The notes under the pieces are model-generated. The model saw only the letters and a list, made by a program, of their open reading frames with translations, was not told the origin of the DNA and did not search any database. A stretch of 64,000 bases of DNA from positions 98,208,001 through 98,272,000 of the forward strand of contig NC_045698.1 in NCBI RefSeq assembly GCF_009834535.1, in the 5' to 3' direction. Source of the stretch: Camelus ferus. Taxonomy: Eukaryota. Each line of letters opens with the position of its first letter. Positions within the stretch are counted from its first letter, which is position 1. Of the stretch, positions 23,794 to 35,038 are shown in pieces. Both the position numbers and the translations under genes were made by a program.

Positions 23794-26700
23794 TTTTAAG
23801 AGGTACTAGGGATTGAACCTAGGACCTTGTGTATTCTAAGAACTCCCTCTACCACTGAACTATACCCTGTCCCTGCCTTAGCCTTAGTATTCTTATCAGT
23901 TAAAAGGAGATAATAATGCCTACCTCACCAGGTTGTTGTGAAGATTCAATTGAGCAAGGCGTGCATAGCACTTGGCGTGGTGGCTGGCACAAAGTAAGCA
24001 CTTAGTAAATGGCAGCTGTTATTGTAAAAGGTTCTCATTGGCTCCTGGCTGCTCTTTCTTTCTTTGTAGGCAGAAATGTTTACCGCATGCTCTTCAAGAG
24101 CAAAGCATATGAGCGGAATGAGCTGTTTCTTCCGGGCCGCATGGCCTATGTGGTAGACCTGGATGATGAGTATGCTGACACGGACATCCCCACTACTCTT
24201 ATTCGTAGCAAAGCTGATTGCCCCACCATGGAGGTGAGTGGAGTCCCGAGAGCCTGCCACGTGAGCCCCTAACCTGGGAATCAGTCTCGATTCTGCCCTA
24301 AGCCTCATCTACCACATTTAACCCATCACCAAGTCCTATCTACCTTTTAACCTCCTATGTCTCAGTTGAATCCATTTGCTTTTCTCTGTCTCCACCAATA
24401 ACACAAAACATTATAGTGTAAGCCATCATGTCTTGCTGGAACTATTAAAAGAGGCCCCTAATTAGGCTACCTCACGTCCACCCTGGTTCCTTTCCAATAT
24501 CCTATTTATTTTTATTATTGAGATGTAATTCATATACCATACAATTCACCTCTTTAAAGTGTATAATTCAGTGGCTTTTAATATATTCATAGACTTGTAC
24601 AACCATCATCACAGGCAATTTTAAATCATTTTTAATCACCTCCCAAAAAACCTGGTACTCTTTAGCCATTACCACTCCCCCATCTTTCCATCCCCTCTTC
24701 CATTATGATTTTTACATATTACCAGAATGATCATTTCACAGTGTGAATTTTTGTCTGATCACATTTAGAAGCTTGCAGTGCTTTCTTATTGTTAAGATAA
24801 AGAGCAAAATCTTTATTATGGCCTGTGAGGCCATGTAACTCCTGGCCTTTCCAGCCTCTTTTTTACCATGCATCCCTGTTTGTTCTGCAATCATCCTGGC
24901 TTTCTTGAATGTACTAGATTCACTTTTGACCCAGGCCTTTGCATGCTGTTTCATCTGTCTTGAATGTCCTTCCACAACTCTTCCTTTCCCTGTCTTCACC
25001 TAGTTAATTCTAACTCATCCTTCAATTTGTTAAGTAAATGAATGAATGAATAAATGAAGAGATTCCTGCTCAGTGGGATAACATTCTTGCTTCTTGGGGT
25101 TTTCAGGCTCAGACCACACTGACCACAAATGACATTGTTATCAGCAAGCTCACCCAGATCCTTTCTTACCTGAGGCAGGGTACCCGCAACAAGAAGCTCA
25201 AAAAGAAGGATAAAGGTAACTTGGAGGGTTAGGGAGAGAAGCATTTGAGGATGGAACCAAGGTCTCCAGGTCTCCTTCTGTCTCCAGAATATTGGGATGT
25301 TCTTGGGGACCAGAGAAAAATGGGAGCAGTGGAGCACTGGCAAAGAGATGGTTACATCCAAGTTCTGTCTGCTTGATGCACCCGGGAAGCAGTGGTCAGC
25401 TTTGAGGCATGAGGAGGGAGAGTATGGGTAGCTTTTGTTGTCTTATTTTCTGAACAGAAGATGTTTAAAAGGGCATTGAGAGCTGGAGAGCGTGGTTAGG
25501 CTGAGTGGGAATTAGCTCAGGAGTGTTTTCCTCACTCCTCTCTTTACATTACAGGGAAAATGGAAGAGAAGAAGCCCCCCGAGGCTGACATGAAGTATGT
25601 ATCCTAGCCCCTGCCCTCTGATCTGAGGAAGGAAGGGCTTCTGGGTTTCTTATTTTTGGCATTTAGGGGGCCCTTGGTGTAGGATTCTGGCGAAATGGCC
25701 AGGGGAAATGGATGTCTGTGTGACTTTGTCAGCTAGGGATCTCTGTTTTCCTAGTATATTTGAAGACATTGGGGATTATGTACCCTCCACAACCAAGACG
25801 CCTCGGGACAAGGAGCGGGAGAGATATCGGGAACGGGAGCGTGATCGGGAGAGAGACAGAGACCGAGACAGAGAGCGGGAACGAGAACGAGATCGAGAGC
25901 GGGAGCGGGATCGTGAGAGAGAGGAGGAGAAGAAGAGGCACAGCTATTTTGAGAAGCCAAAAGTGGACGACGAGGTGAGATGCAGTCCCGGGTACTAGGT
26001 GGTGAAACTGCCCATCTCTGCCTGCCCAGCCAGGTACAGGACCCCTCTGGTATATAGGTGCCTCCTGGCTCCATAGCAGCAACTGGGGGTCAACTAATCC
26101 AGAAAAGGAACCATCCTGAAACTGGGGGCAAGGGGTTGGGTAGGGAGTTGATTCAAACTTGGGGGCGAGATGAATGGGGATCCCTCACGGTCACACTCAC
26201 TTTAGCTTCTGTTTTCTTTCCAGCCGATGGATGTTGATAAAGGTGAGTTTCATCCAAAGCATCTTGCATTGGCTCTGGCAGTCTTGCTTTCGTCTGGGCT
26301 GAGAGTCTGACCCAGAGCACAGAGCTGCTAATGGTGAGAGGGTGAGACTGAGGGACTTTCTAGTTCTGGATTCTCAAAAGATCCATGTCTTGTCTTATGG
26401 AGTAGACAGAAGATGAGCCTGGAGCTCCATCTACCTTCCCAGGTAATGGCAGGGCATATTTGCTCTGTTAGATATAATCTTCCAGCTGTGGGGTTCTGAG
26501 GATGTGAGGCAGGTTGAGCAGACAATATTCTGGGCACACTACTGCGTCTCAACCAGAGTAGCTCATTTTTAGTTGGAATTTGATTAAAACTTGATTAGCT
26601 AAAGGGTTCTGTTGCTTAAAAAATTCTTAGAAACAGGTTGGAAGTGTGTTGTGGGGAAGGGGTTGTAAGTTCCTCATTTCAAAGTCTGAACAGAGTTCTT

Positions 26701-28996
26701 TTTCCTCCAGGACCCGGATCTGCCAAGGAGTTAATCAAGTCAATCAATGAAAAGTTTGCTGGATCTGCTGGCTGGGAAGGCACTGAATCATATCCTTTAT
26801 TTCAGAATGTTCTTGTATTCTAGAGAACTCTTCTTTTTTTAATTCTAACTCCACCTGCCTCCCTGCTTCCCCACAATCTCCTCACCCCCATCTTCCTCTT
26901 TCTCTTTTGTGCTGAATTTTGACAAGGATGAAGTCATTACTTTCCCCTTTCTCAGAGGACCCATTTATGTTCACAGCCCTCTCCTTAGAGTTTTCATGTT
27001 GGGTCTTCTAGCCCTTCGCCCTTCCTGCTTGAAGTTTTTCTGCTGTTGGTAGAATTATTTGCCTTAACATAGCTTACACTGAAGAAGCCAGAGGACAAGA
27101 AGCAGCTGGGAGATTTCTTTGGCATGTCGAACAGCTATGCTGAGTGCTACCCAGCCACGTACGTAAGACTCTGTTAAAGAAGGGAGGCTGGGATGATTGG
27201 AGAACAAGTTGGGGGAATGGGGAGTGAGGTGGAAATTTGATTTGCTAGGACCCATGGGGACTTCTTGATATTCTGTTAGGCTCTACGAGGGATGTCTAGG
27301 AGGGATGGTTTTTCCTGGGCACATAGCCTCTTAGTGGATAGGCTTCCAAATGAAGCATAGGGGTCTGGGTCTGCACCATCTGTTTAACTATTGTTTCTCT
27401 TTAGGATGGATGACATGGCCGTGGACAGTGACGAGGAGGTGGATTATAGCAAAATGGACCAGGTATGGAGTTGGAAGGATGGGTTGGGGCAGTTATTGTT
27501 TAGTACATATCCCCTTCCCTACACCCAAAGAATCTGTTTCATTTCCTGGGCCTCAACTTTCTCCAGCTGCAGCCTTAAGAGCAGCAGCACAGTGGGGGTG
27601 GGGGTGGGGGGGCAGTCTTGGGGAACTTAACTGTTTTAAAGCATCTGTACAAAGTCAAATGAGATAGACCAAAAATATATTTCTTTTTATTTTCTGTAAA
27701 GTACCAGGCTTTGATTTCCATCTTAGGCAGTAAACAAGCCTTTAGTGCATATGTAGAAAGAGCAGAAGAAATTTCAGTTTTTAGAAAATAACTTGACTTT
27801 TATTCTAGCCAGGGTTGCATTTTCCTCTCAGTCTTAAAACAAACAAATAAACAAACAAAAAACCCACCAACAAACATTAACATCATTAATGGTCAAGAAA
27901 TGTCATCCATTTTCCCCGTATTCTCTCTATACTGCATGATTTAATTCCATCTTAGATCCTTGCTTAACCATGGCTCTGCCATTAGTTTTGTGACCTTGCT
28001 AAAACTTAGTGCTTATGCCTGTTTCCTCATTAGGAAAATGGAAAGAAATATAGTTCTCAGTAGTTTTTGAGACAGTTAAATAAGATACATGTTTAGTGTT
28101 CAGAATAATACCTGGCACATAGTAAGTACATAGAAAACATTTATTATTGTTGATTAGGGTAGGATTTATGAATGATAAAACCTGGGATTATGGGAGAGAC
28201 TGAATTTAATCAAGGGCTAAAATTCCATTTCCACTGACATCTCTTCCTCACCTGCCCCCCATTCTATCCTGTAACAGGGTAACAAGAAGGGCCCTTTAGG
28301 CCGTTGGGACTTTGATACCCAGGAGGAATACAGCGAGTATATGAACAACAAGGAGGCACTGCCCAAGTAAGTCTTGGTACTAAATACAGCCAGGAAGTGA
28401 GGAGAGGGATGGTGATAGGGGTGGACTAGCCCACACCAGGTTAGAGAGTATAATCTGGCTGAAACATTCCCAAATAGGTTCTCTGCTCACAGGGTCCTCT
28501 GGGAAGAGCTTGCTACTGGTATGCAACCTCTGATGTCTTCTTCCCTCAACTGCCCTTTTTCCCCCTCAGGGCTGCATTCCAGTATGGCATCAAGATGTCT
28601 GAAGGGCGGAAAACAAGGCGGTTCAAGGAGACCAATGACAAAGCAGAGCTTGATCGCCAGTGGAAAAAGATTAGTGCTGTGAGTGGGACTGGTTCTCCCT
28701 GGGAAGGCTTCAGCTGGGAGGAGACACTGGGCCACAGATTCAGGAACAGGCAGGGGGTTGGACAGCCATGGAAGTAGGAGAGGTCAGCCTTGGGTTTCAG
28801 GTGAGCTTAGATTGGCCGCATAAATATTGACTATAACTGTTGTTTTTGTAGATTATTGAGAAGAGGAAGAAGATGGAAGCCGATGGGTGAGCAGCATTAT
28901 TCTTCCTCTGTGAGACTGACAGAAATTGTTTAGTGTTTTGCTTATGCTCATTTCTTCTTCCATTGCAGGGTTGAAGTGAAAAGACCAAAATACTAA
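18291..28996 (+). CDS. IK: IK / protein RED, spliceosomal B-complex protein, ~555 aa; exon 6 hidden in an N-block
   Basis: join(18291..18306,18867..18933,20432..20524,20987..21046,21869..22036,[exon 6 within N 22179-22334],22793..22863,22966..23012,24070..24233,25107..25215,25555..25594,25755..25974,26224..26242,26711..26789,27078..27158,27405..27462,28278..28366,28570..28678,28852..28886,28969..28996). MPERDSEPFSNPL..., RE/RD repeat, ...GVEVKRPKY. ATTAAA at 29144-29149. Confidence 0.95.
19499..19932. mobile_element. Two ERV1/MER-type LTR pieces in inverted orientation (19499-~19815 forward, ~19821-19932 reverse)
   Basis: The left end TGACAAGGACTCCCCTCTTGACCAAACT is mirrored at the right end. 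Internal GCTGA(A/G)CCCAGTTTTAGCAAAGAATCCTGC is also mirrored. AATAAA at ~19799. Embedded in an old antisense L1. Confidence 0.65.
22179..22334. other. N-block covering the expected IK exon 6
   Basis: Exon 5 ends in phase 2 and exon 7 starts in phase 0, so an exon of length 1 mod 3 is required. None is visible in the called sequence. Confidence 0.85.
23729..23873 (-). mobile_element. tRNA-derived SINE with (GATT)n tail in IK intron 8
   Basis: Reverse-complement SINE head GGGACAGGGTATAGTTCAGTGG; 15-bp direct repeat AGCCTTAGTATTCTT at 23714-23728 and 23880-23894 (TSD); (GATT)n at ~23761-23793. Confidence 0.85.
25816..25920 (+). repeat. Coding Arg-Glu/Arg-Asp dipeptide repeat of RED
   Basis: RERYRERERDRERDRDRDRERERERDRERERDRERE in IK exon 12, with mixed synonymous codons. 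Confidence 0.9.
26790..27077 (+). other. U12-type AT-AC intron (IK intron 14)
   Basis: Donor ATATCCTTT at 26790, branch site GCCTTAAC at 27061-27068, AC acceptor at 27076-27077. The frame TC|A CTG AAG (E-S-L-K-K) is restored only with this junction. Confidence 0.93.
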
Positions 28997-30439
28997 TCTT
29001 TGGTTCCAGCTCCAAGAATAATCTCCACAAAGATGTGCTCCTCACTGCTTGCTTTCTATAATTCCAGAAAAAAATTGCAAGGTTTTTTGTGTGTGTGTGT
29101 GTGTGAATGTATATAACATTTTATTGTATAATCTTTTGGTTCCATTAAAATTGATTAACCTGCTGTCTTGTCTTCTCTATGTTGAGGGCCCAGATGCACC
29201 AAGAGGGCTACTAATTCCACTGAATGTATAAAAATCATATGGAGGAAGTCAGGTCAGTCCTGTCCTGAGCTGTGGGTCTAAATTCCTAAGCAGGATGTAT
29301 ATTAGCCAAGGTGCCCAGTGGAGAAGGGAAGAATGACCCTCACTGATACCAAGAAATAGAGGAATGTAAGGGTGACTGGTCTTAAATGTCACTCATTTAA
29401 GCCCATCTGGGGACCTAGTCTTAGGGCAGAGATTCCCTGGGAATTAGGGTCAACCCACTGGGCTGCCAGTCTGACCCCAAGGTTGTGCAGACTGGGCTCT
29501 AGGTGAAGGCACCTGATGAGAAACACCTGTGGGAACAGAAACCTTTCACAAGTTTATGCCCTCCTGGGAGCTTTAGTAATTCCAAGCACAAATCACTGCT
29601 TACCTAGCTGAAGGGATAGACTTGGGGAAGTGCCTTGGGGAATCCCTGTCCCTGGCCAGAAGGGTTTGGTGCCCTTCAACATACTGAAAAGTTTGTCAAG
29701 GTCCAAAGTGGGCTCCCTGGCCTCTGGAATCTTTGGTAACTTAAATGTCCAGAACGTCAATCGTTGTGCCCACTTTCCTCTTCAGCAACTCCATGCCAGC
29801 TCTGAGCATTGGTGGTCCAGTCCTGCTGAGGGTCTGCAGCCAAACGGTAGGAACAGGCTGGAAGTTGTTGCTTTGTCTATGAGAACAAAGACGGCTGCAC
29901 CTTAAGCATGTGCGCAGGCGGCCTGCAGTCTATGACCCCGGGCTGTCAGATTCTTGCGGCGTGAGTCTTTGTTGCTTACTGACTAAACTGGCTGCCGCTT
30001 GTCATGGTCTTGGGCTTCACCAAGCCACGGACGACTGGCATCCCCCTCTTCTATCCCCAGGGCAGACGTCATCCTTACTGATTGCAGGAGGGAGTACCAA
30101 ACTGTCAGCGTCTATCAGGATAAGCAGAATGGACTTAAACGCAGTTCCTAACTTTACATGAAGAGACCGAGAAGGGGACTGACGGTTGCGCCGTCTGGCC
30201 GGTCCTGGAACCCCCTCCAGGGCAACACAGGCAACAGACTGTGGTGCACGGCCTCCTCGGGTCGGTTCCACCCATCAGCTGGGTCTGGCCCCGCCTTTTC
30301 CGGGTTACGGAGAACGCCCTGACGCCACATCCGGTCCGGCCCCCAACCCGGAAGCGGTGCCCTGGGTCACTCCTCCCGCCGGGCGACTGGTTATTGGGCT
30401 CACTGTGCAACTGCTGCGCGGCTAGGAATCCTCCGATGC

Positions 30440-33400
30440 ATGGACGGCACGTGTGAGGGAAGGCCCGCTGAGGATGGGAGCGACAAGGACCCCGACTCCA
30501 CGGAAGCCCCAGCTCGGATCCGGGACACTCCGGAAGACATCGTGCTGGAAGCTCCGGCCAGTGGGTTAGCGTTTCACCCGGCCCGCGATCTCCTGGCAGC
30601 GGGGGACGTGGACGGGGATGTGTTCGTGTAAGTGCGAGGCAGGGCTCGGGGCGCGGTGACTGTGGTGGGCACGGTGGCTACCCGGTCTGGAAACTCCGTT
30701 GTGATGGGGCTAGGATGAAGAGGGAAAGTTACAGGAATACTAATTTTACAAGTAACATTTGGCTCTAACCAAGTGACCACACAAATTTCTTGAAAGAGCT
30801 GAAAGAAAAAGTTGTTGGATGTCGTGACGAAGCCCGGACAAGTAGGCGAACAAATAAGTAGCAAGACAAGCAGGTGTTCGGGACAATTGTTATTTTCCAC
30901 CGGATTGTGTTATGTTGGTACTGAAATAGGACCAGCGGGGCCCCCTGTTTTCGCCTCTTGCCCACTTTAACTGATCTTTCAAAAACACAAGTCCGACCAT
31001 CTCACTTTCTTGATTAAAACCCTTCAATAGTTTACCTTTGCTTTTAGGATTAAGTCCTGACTCCTTAATCCAGCTTTCAGGGCCTTGACAATCCGGCTCT
31101 TGCTCGCTTTACTTTTTGCTTTCTGTGCTTATTCATCCTTACCTTTTTAATGTACTTTAAAGCTTCAGCTCCTTTGCACGTTATTCCTTCCACCTGGAAA
31201 ATTCCTTTCCCTTACTTGCACCTACTGTTCCTGAACTCTCAGCATCTCTTCACTCTTCCAGCATGCTGCAAACGACTACCTGTTAGATTCTACCTTGGTA
31301 CCAGATACCTTTTTCTCATAAACTTCTTAATGGTGTGTAGTCATACATCCATTTGCGTAATTATTTGAATGTGGTCTCTTCCACCAAAAAAACCCTTTTT
31401 TTCCAAACATTTTTGGCTTCACCTCACAGTAAAAATACCTTTTATAGTACGTGTGATGCACTCTACTATTTTCTGGTTTATTTCATTCTATCGTTATTGC
31501 AAGCACACACACAAAATGTTGATTGCAGCTCACAAACGGGTCCAGACTAGAGTTTGAAAAACAATGTTCTGGAGTGTCATCTGTATTCTGTTTAGTTCTC
31601 CATTGTATCTCCTGCTTCTAGCCCAGGATGTGTGCTCAGTACATGTTTGTGAACAAAAGATGTAGGCTGGAAGCAGTGAAAAGCCACTGAAGGCTTTAAC
31701 CAGGAGAGTTGTGCTATCAGATTTACTTAATGAATTTAAATCCCAAACCTGTCATTAACTGCAAAGGCTTTGGGCAAGTTAACTTCCGTGTTTTCATCTT
31801 TGAAAATGGAAACAATCATACATACTTTGCAGAGAGGTTTACCATGACTATTCATATTTATAGGGCCAGACACTTGGGAGTCACCCCAGGCCTCCACCTT
31901 TCTTCACACCCCCATAGTTTCCATTCCTCTCCTCTTTCCTGCCCTCAGCCACTGCCTTCTGGCAGGCCTCTTAACTTCTCCCATGATCATTCTAAAGAGG
32001 TTCCTTTCCCCCAGAGGATTCAGTTCAGACTTCTGCTTGGCCTGTATGGTTGTCTCAAGCCCAGTCCAGCTGATCTTTCCAGATTCAGTCATACATCTGA
32101 CTTGAACGCTCCTCATTCCTTATCTCTGCCCTGGGCGGGACACTGACATCTGCCTCCAGTATCTGCCCCTTCTCTGCCAGGTGAACTACTCATTCTTCAT
32201 GATCCAACTCATGTCATGTCATCACTTCAGGTAGCTTTCCGAGGCCCTCTTCCCTCCCAAGTACTCAATCTGTGAATGTTTATTAAGCAGCTTTTTCATG
32301 CTGGGCACTGGGACAGGGCAAACAGTAAGTATACCCAGTTCTACCTGCCTGGAACTAACCAGCAAGTATGCACTTATTCATTTGGCCCTTTTTGAAGACC
32401 TGCTGAAGCAGGCACTGAGGATAATCTCTGGACAGGTACTTGCCTCAAAGCTGAGTTTATGGGCTGGTACCTCTGCTCCACCTCCATTTTCATCCTACGT
32501 CCTCTTCAACATGTGGTCATGATGTGCTGTGATTAATTGTGGCTTTCTCTAGGTCCCAAAGACCTAGAGTGTTAAGATCCCTGTCTTACTAATCTTTACA
32601 TTTCCTACTTCTAGGGCTGGTCTTCTGTCACTAATTTAGCAAATATTTCTGGACCTTCAGTGATCCGCACCTAATCTTTCCCCAGGCTAGGGCTTTCAAG
32701 GATGCTGAAGAGGGGTGAGGTGGGGTCAGGTCATGAAAATGTATGTTGAATGAAAAAAAACCCTAACATTTGAAGCTCACTGAAAATGGGAAAATGGGAT
32801 GGTAAGCTCCTGGGGCTGGGAGGTGTGCAAGCAGGAACTCCTAGTAGAGTGGAAGGTTAGTTGGTTGGTCTTTACACTCCATGCATCCCAGGTGAGGTCT
32901 GGGGTCAGTCACTCTTCTTCCATTCTCCCTAGCTTTTCCTACTCCTGCCAAGAGGGAGAAACCAAGGAGCTCTGGTCCTCAGGTCACCACCTCAAGTCCT
33001 GCCGAGCCGTTGTCTTCTCTGAAGATGGGCAGAGTGAGTATTAGGGAAGGCAGTGTGGTGGTGGGAAGGGGAGCAGTGAGCAGCACCATAACCTGGACAT
33101 TTTCTCCCCAGAACTTGTTACTGTCTCCAAGGACAAAGCCATCCACATTCTAGATGTGGAGCAGGGCCGACTGGAAAGACGCATTTCCAAGGCTCATGGG
33201 TAAGGGGAAGCCAATTGTGCATTGAGGTGAGGGGTAAGGACTGATTGGTACATCCCTACTGGGACAAAGGTTTTCCAGGAAGTTCTATACCTGTCTCCAG
33301 TGCCCCCATCAACAGCCTGCTGCTGGTGGATGAGAATGTTCTGGCCACTGGGGATGACACAGGTGGCATCCGCCTATGGGACCAGCGGAAGGAGGGCCCC

Positions 33401-34339
33401 TTAATGGATATGCGGCAGCATGAGGAGTATATCGCTGACATGGCTCTGGACCCAGCCAAGAAGCTGCTGCTGACAGCCAGGTACAGCCTCAAAGCAGTGA
33501 CCCCTCCCTTCCCTGCGTTAAATGTCTTCCTCACTGGGAGCCTCCAGCCTGGTCTGCTCCTTTGCTCTCTCTACAGTGGAGATGGTTGCCTTGGTGTCTT
33601 CAACATCAAGCGACGCCGGTTCGAGTTGCTCTCAGAGCCACAGTCTGGAGACCTGACCTCTGTCACACTCATGAAAGTATAGCTGGGCAAGGCAGGATGG
33701 GGGTGTGCTAGGGACTCGGTCTGAGGTGGCTCCACAAACATGGTTTGCCTTATTTCCCTGCAGTGTGGGAAGAAGGTGGCCTGTGGCTCCAGCGAAGGCA
33801 CCTATCTACCTATTCAACTGGAATGGTTTTGGGGCCACAAGTGACCGCTTTGCCTTGAGAGCTGAGTCCATCGACTGTATGGTTCCGGTGACTGAGAGTC
33901 TGCTGTGTACCGGCTCTACTGATGGAATCATCAGGTGAGAGAAGCCAGATGGCCCTCAGGTCACAGCAAGGGCAGACCTAACCAGCCAAGACCCAACACT
34001 CTTTTCTTTCTGCCCAGGGCTGTCAATATCCTGCCAAACCGAGTGGTAGGCAGTGTGGGCCAGCATGCCGGGGAGCCTGTGGAGAAGCTGGCCCTCTCCC
34101 ACTGTGGCCGCTTCCTGGCCAGCAGTGGCCATGACCAGCGTCTCAAGTTTTGGGACATGGCCCAGCTGCGGGCTGTGGTGGTGGATGACTACCGTCGCCG
34201 CAAAAAAAAGGGAGGGCCGCTTCGAGCACTGAGCAGCAAGGCCTGGAGCACTGATGACTTCTTTGCAGGACTGAGGGAGGAGGGAGTGGACTCCACAGTT
34301 TGGGAGGAAGAGAAGGAGAGTGAGGACGACAGTGACTGA
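30440..34339 (+). CDS. WDR55: WD repeat-containing protein 55 (~382 aa if the 1-nt insertion at 33803 is removed)
   Basis: join(30440..30627,32933..33033,33112..33199,33301..33480,33577..33676,33764..33934,34018..34339). As given, exon 6 is 171 nt and shifts frame after ...SSEGT. Confidence 0.92.
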
Positions 34340-34582
34340 GGGGATGACCGAACCTCAGGATTGGTTCTCAGTGGGCAAGAGTCTTACTTCCTGGGCTGGA
34401 TTCCCCAGAGAGGCTGGGAATTTAAAATACCCTATTGTGCACTAAAGATGCACAGAGGGTCAGGACTCAGCAACAGATGTGGGGAAGTACTTGCCCTGTA
34501 GTAGCTGTTCACTCCACCAGTGTTGAGATAAACCCACAGCTGGGGTAAGACAGCACGGACACAGGTGTACACCAACCAGGGG

Positions 34583-34704
34583 TTTAATATAAATACAACC
34601 AGCATAGAAAAAGTCAAAACTACACATACACCAAAACCAGAATGCCAAGTGGTGGGGGCAAAGGCACATTTCTGACCTTTTGGCTTAGCCAGCCTTCAAA
34701 TAAA
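34583..34704. terminator. Overlapping convergent 3' ends: DND1 ATTAAA (minus, 34583-34588) and WDR55 AATAAA (plus, 34699-34704)
   Basis: These are the first canonical hexamers downstream of each stop codon. Each lies beyond the other, implying ~150 nt of sense-antisense overlap. Confidence 0.65.
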
Positions 34705-35038
34705 AACATCAACAAAGACAAATCAAGAAAATAAGAAGCAAAGATTCATGCTAAGCTGTGGGAGAGAGGGTGGGTGGGTGTGCGTCACACAGAACAATGG
34801 GGTCAGGTCAGACCATGGGCTAGGAGGGGAAGGCAAGGTCCCTTACCACAACTTAGCCAAACCTGAGCTGTCCCAGATGCACTGGGGCCCTGCCCCAGCT
34901 GGGAGGCTGTGTCAGGCCTAGTGCAGGGTCCATGCTCCTCCCCTTCTTGGGATTAGATGGTGGCTGCCCAGGCCTGCTGGGCCAAGGACTGAAACAGACC
35001 CCGCCTACTTGTTCAGGCTGCCTGTGGAGAAGATGAGG

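Noticed and set aside
25729-26082. Antisense and alternative-frame ORFs over IK exon 12
   Set aside because: They are shadows of the purine-rich RE/RD repeat, which has few stops in other frames.
27593-27612. G-run GGGGGTGGGGGTGGGGGGG as a G-quadruplex in IK intron 16
   Set aside because: Only three clear tracts and no supporting context; such runs are common.
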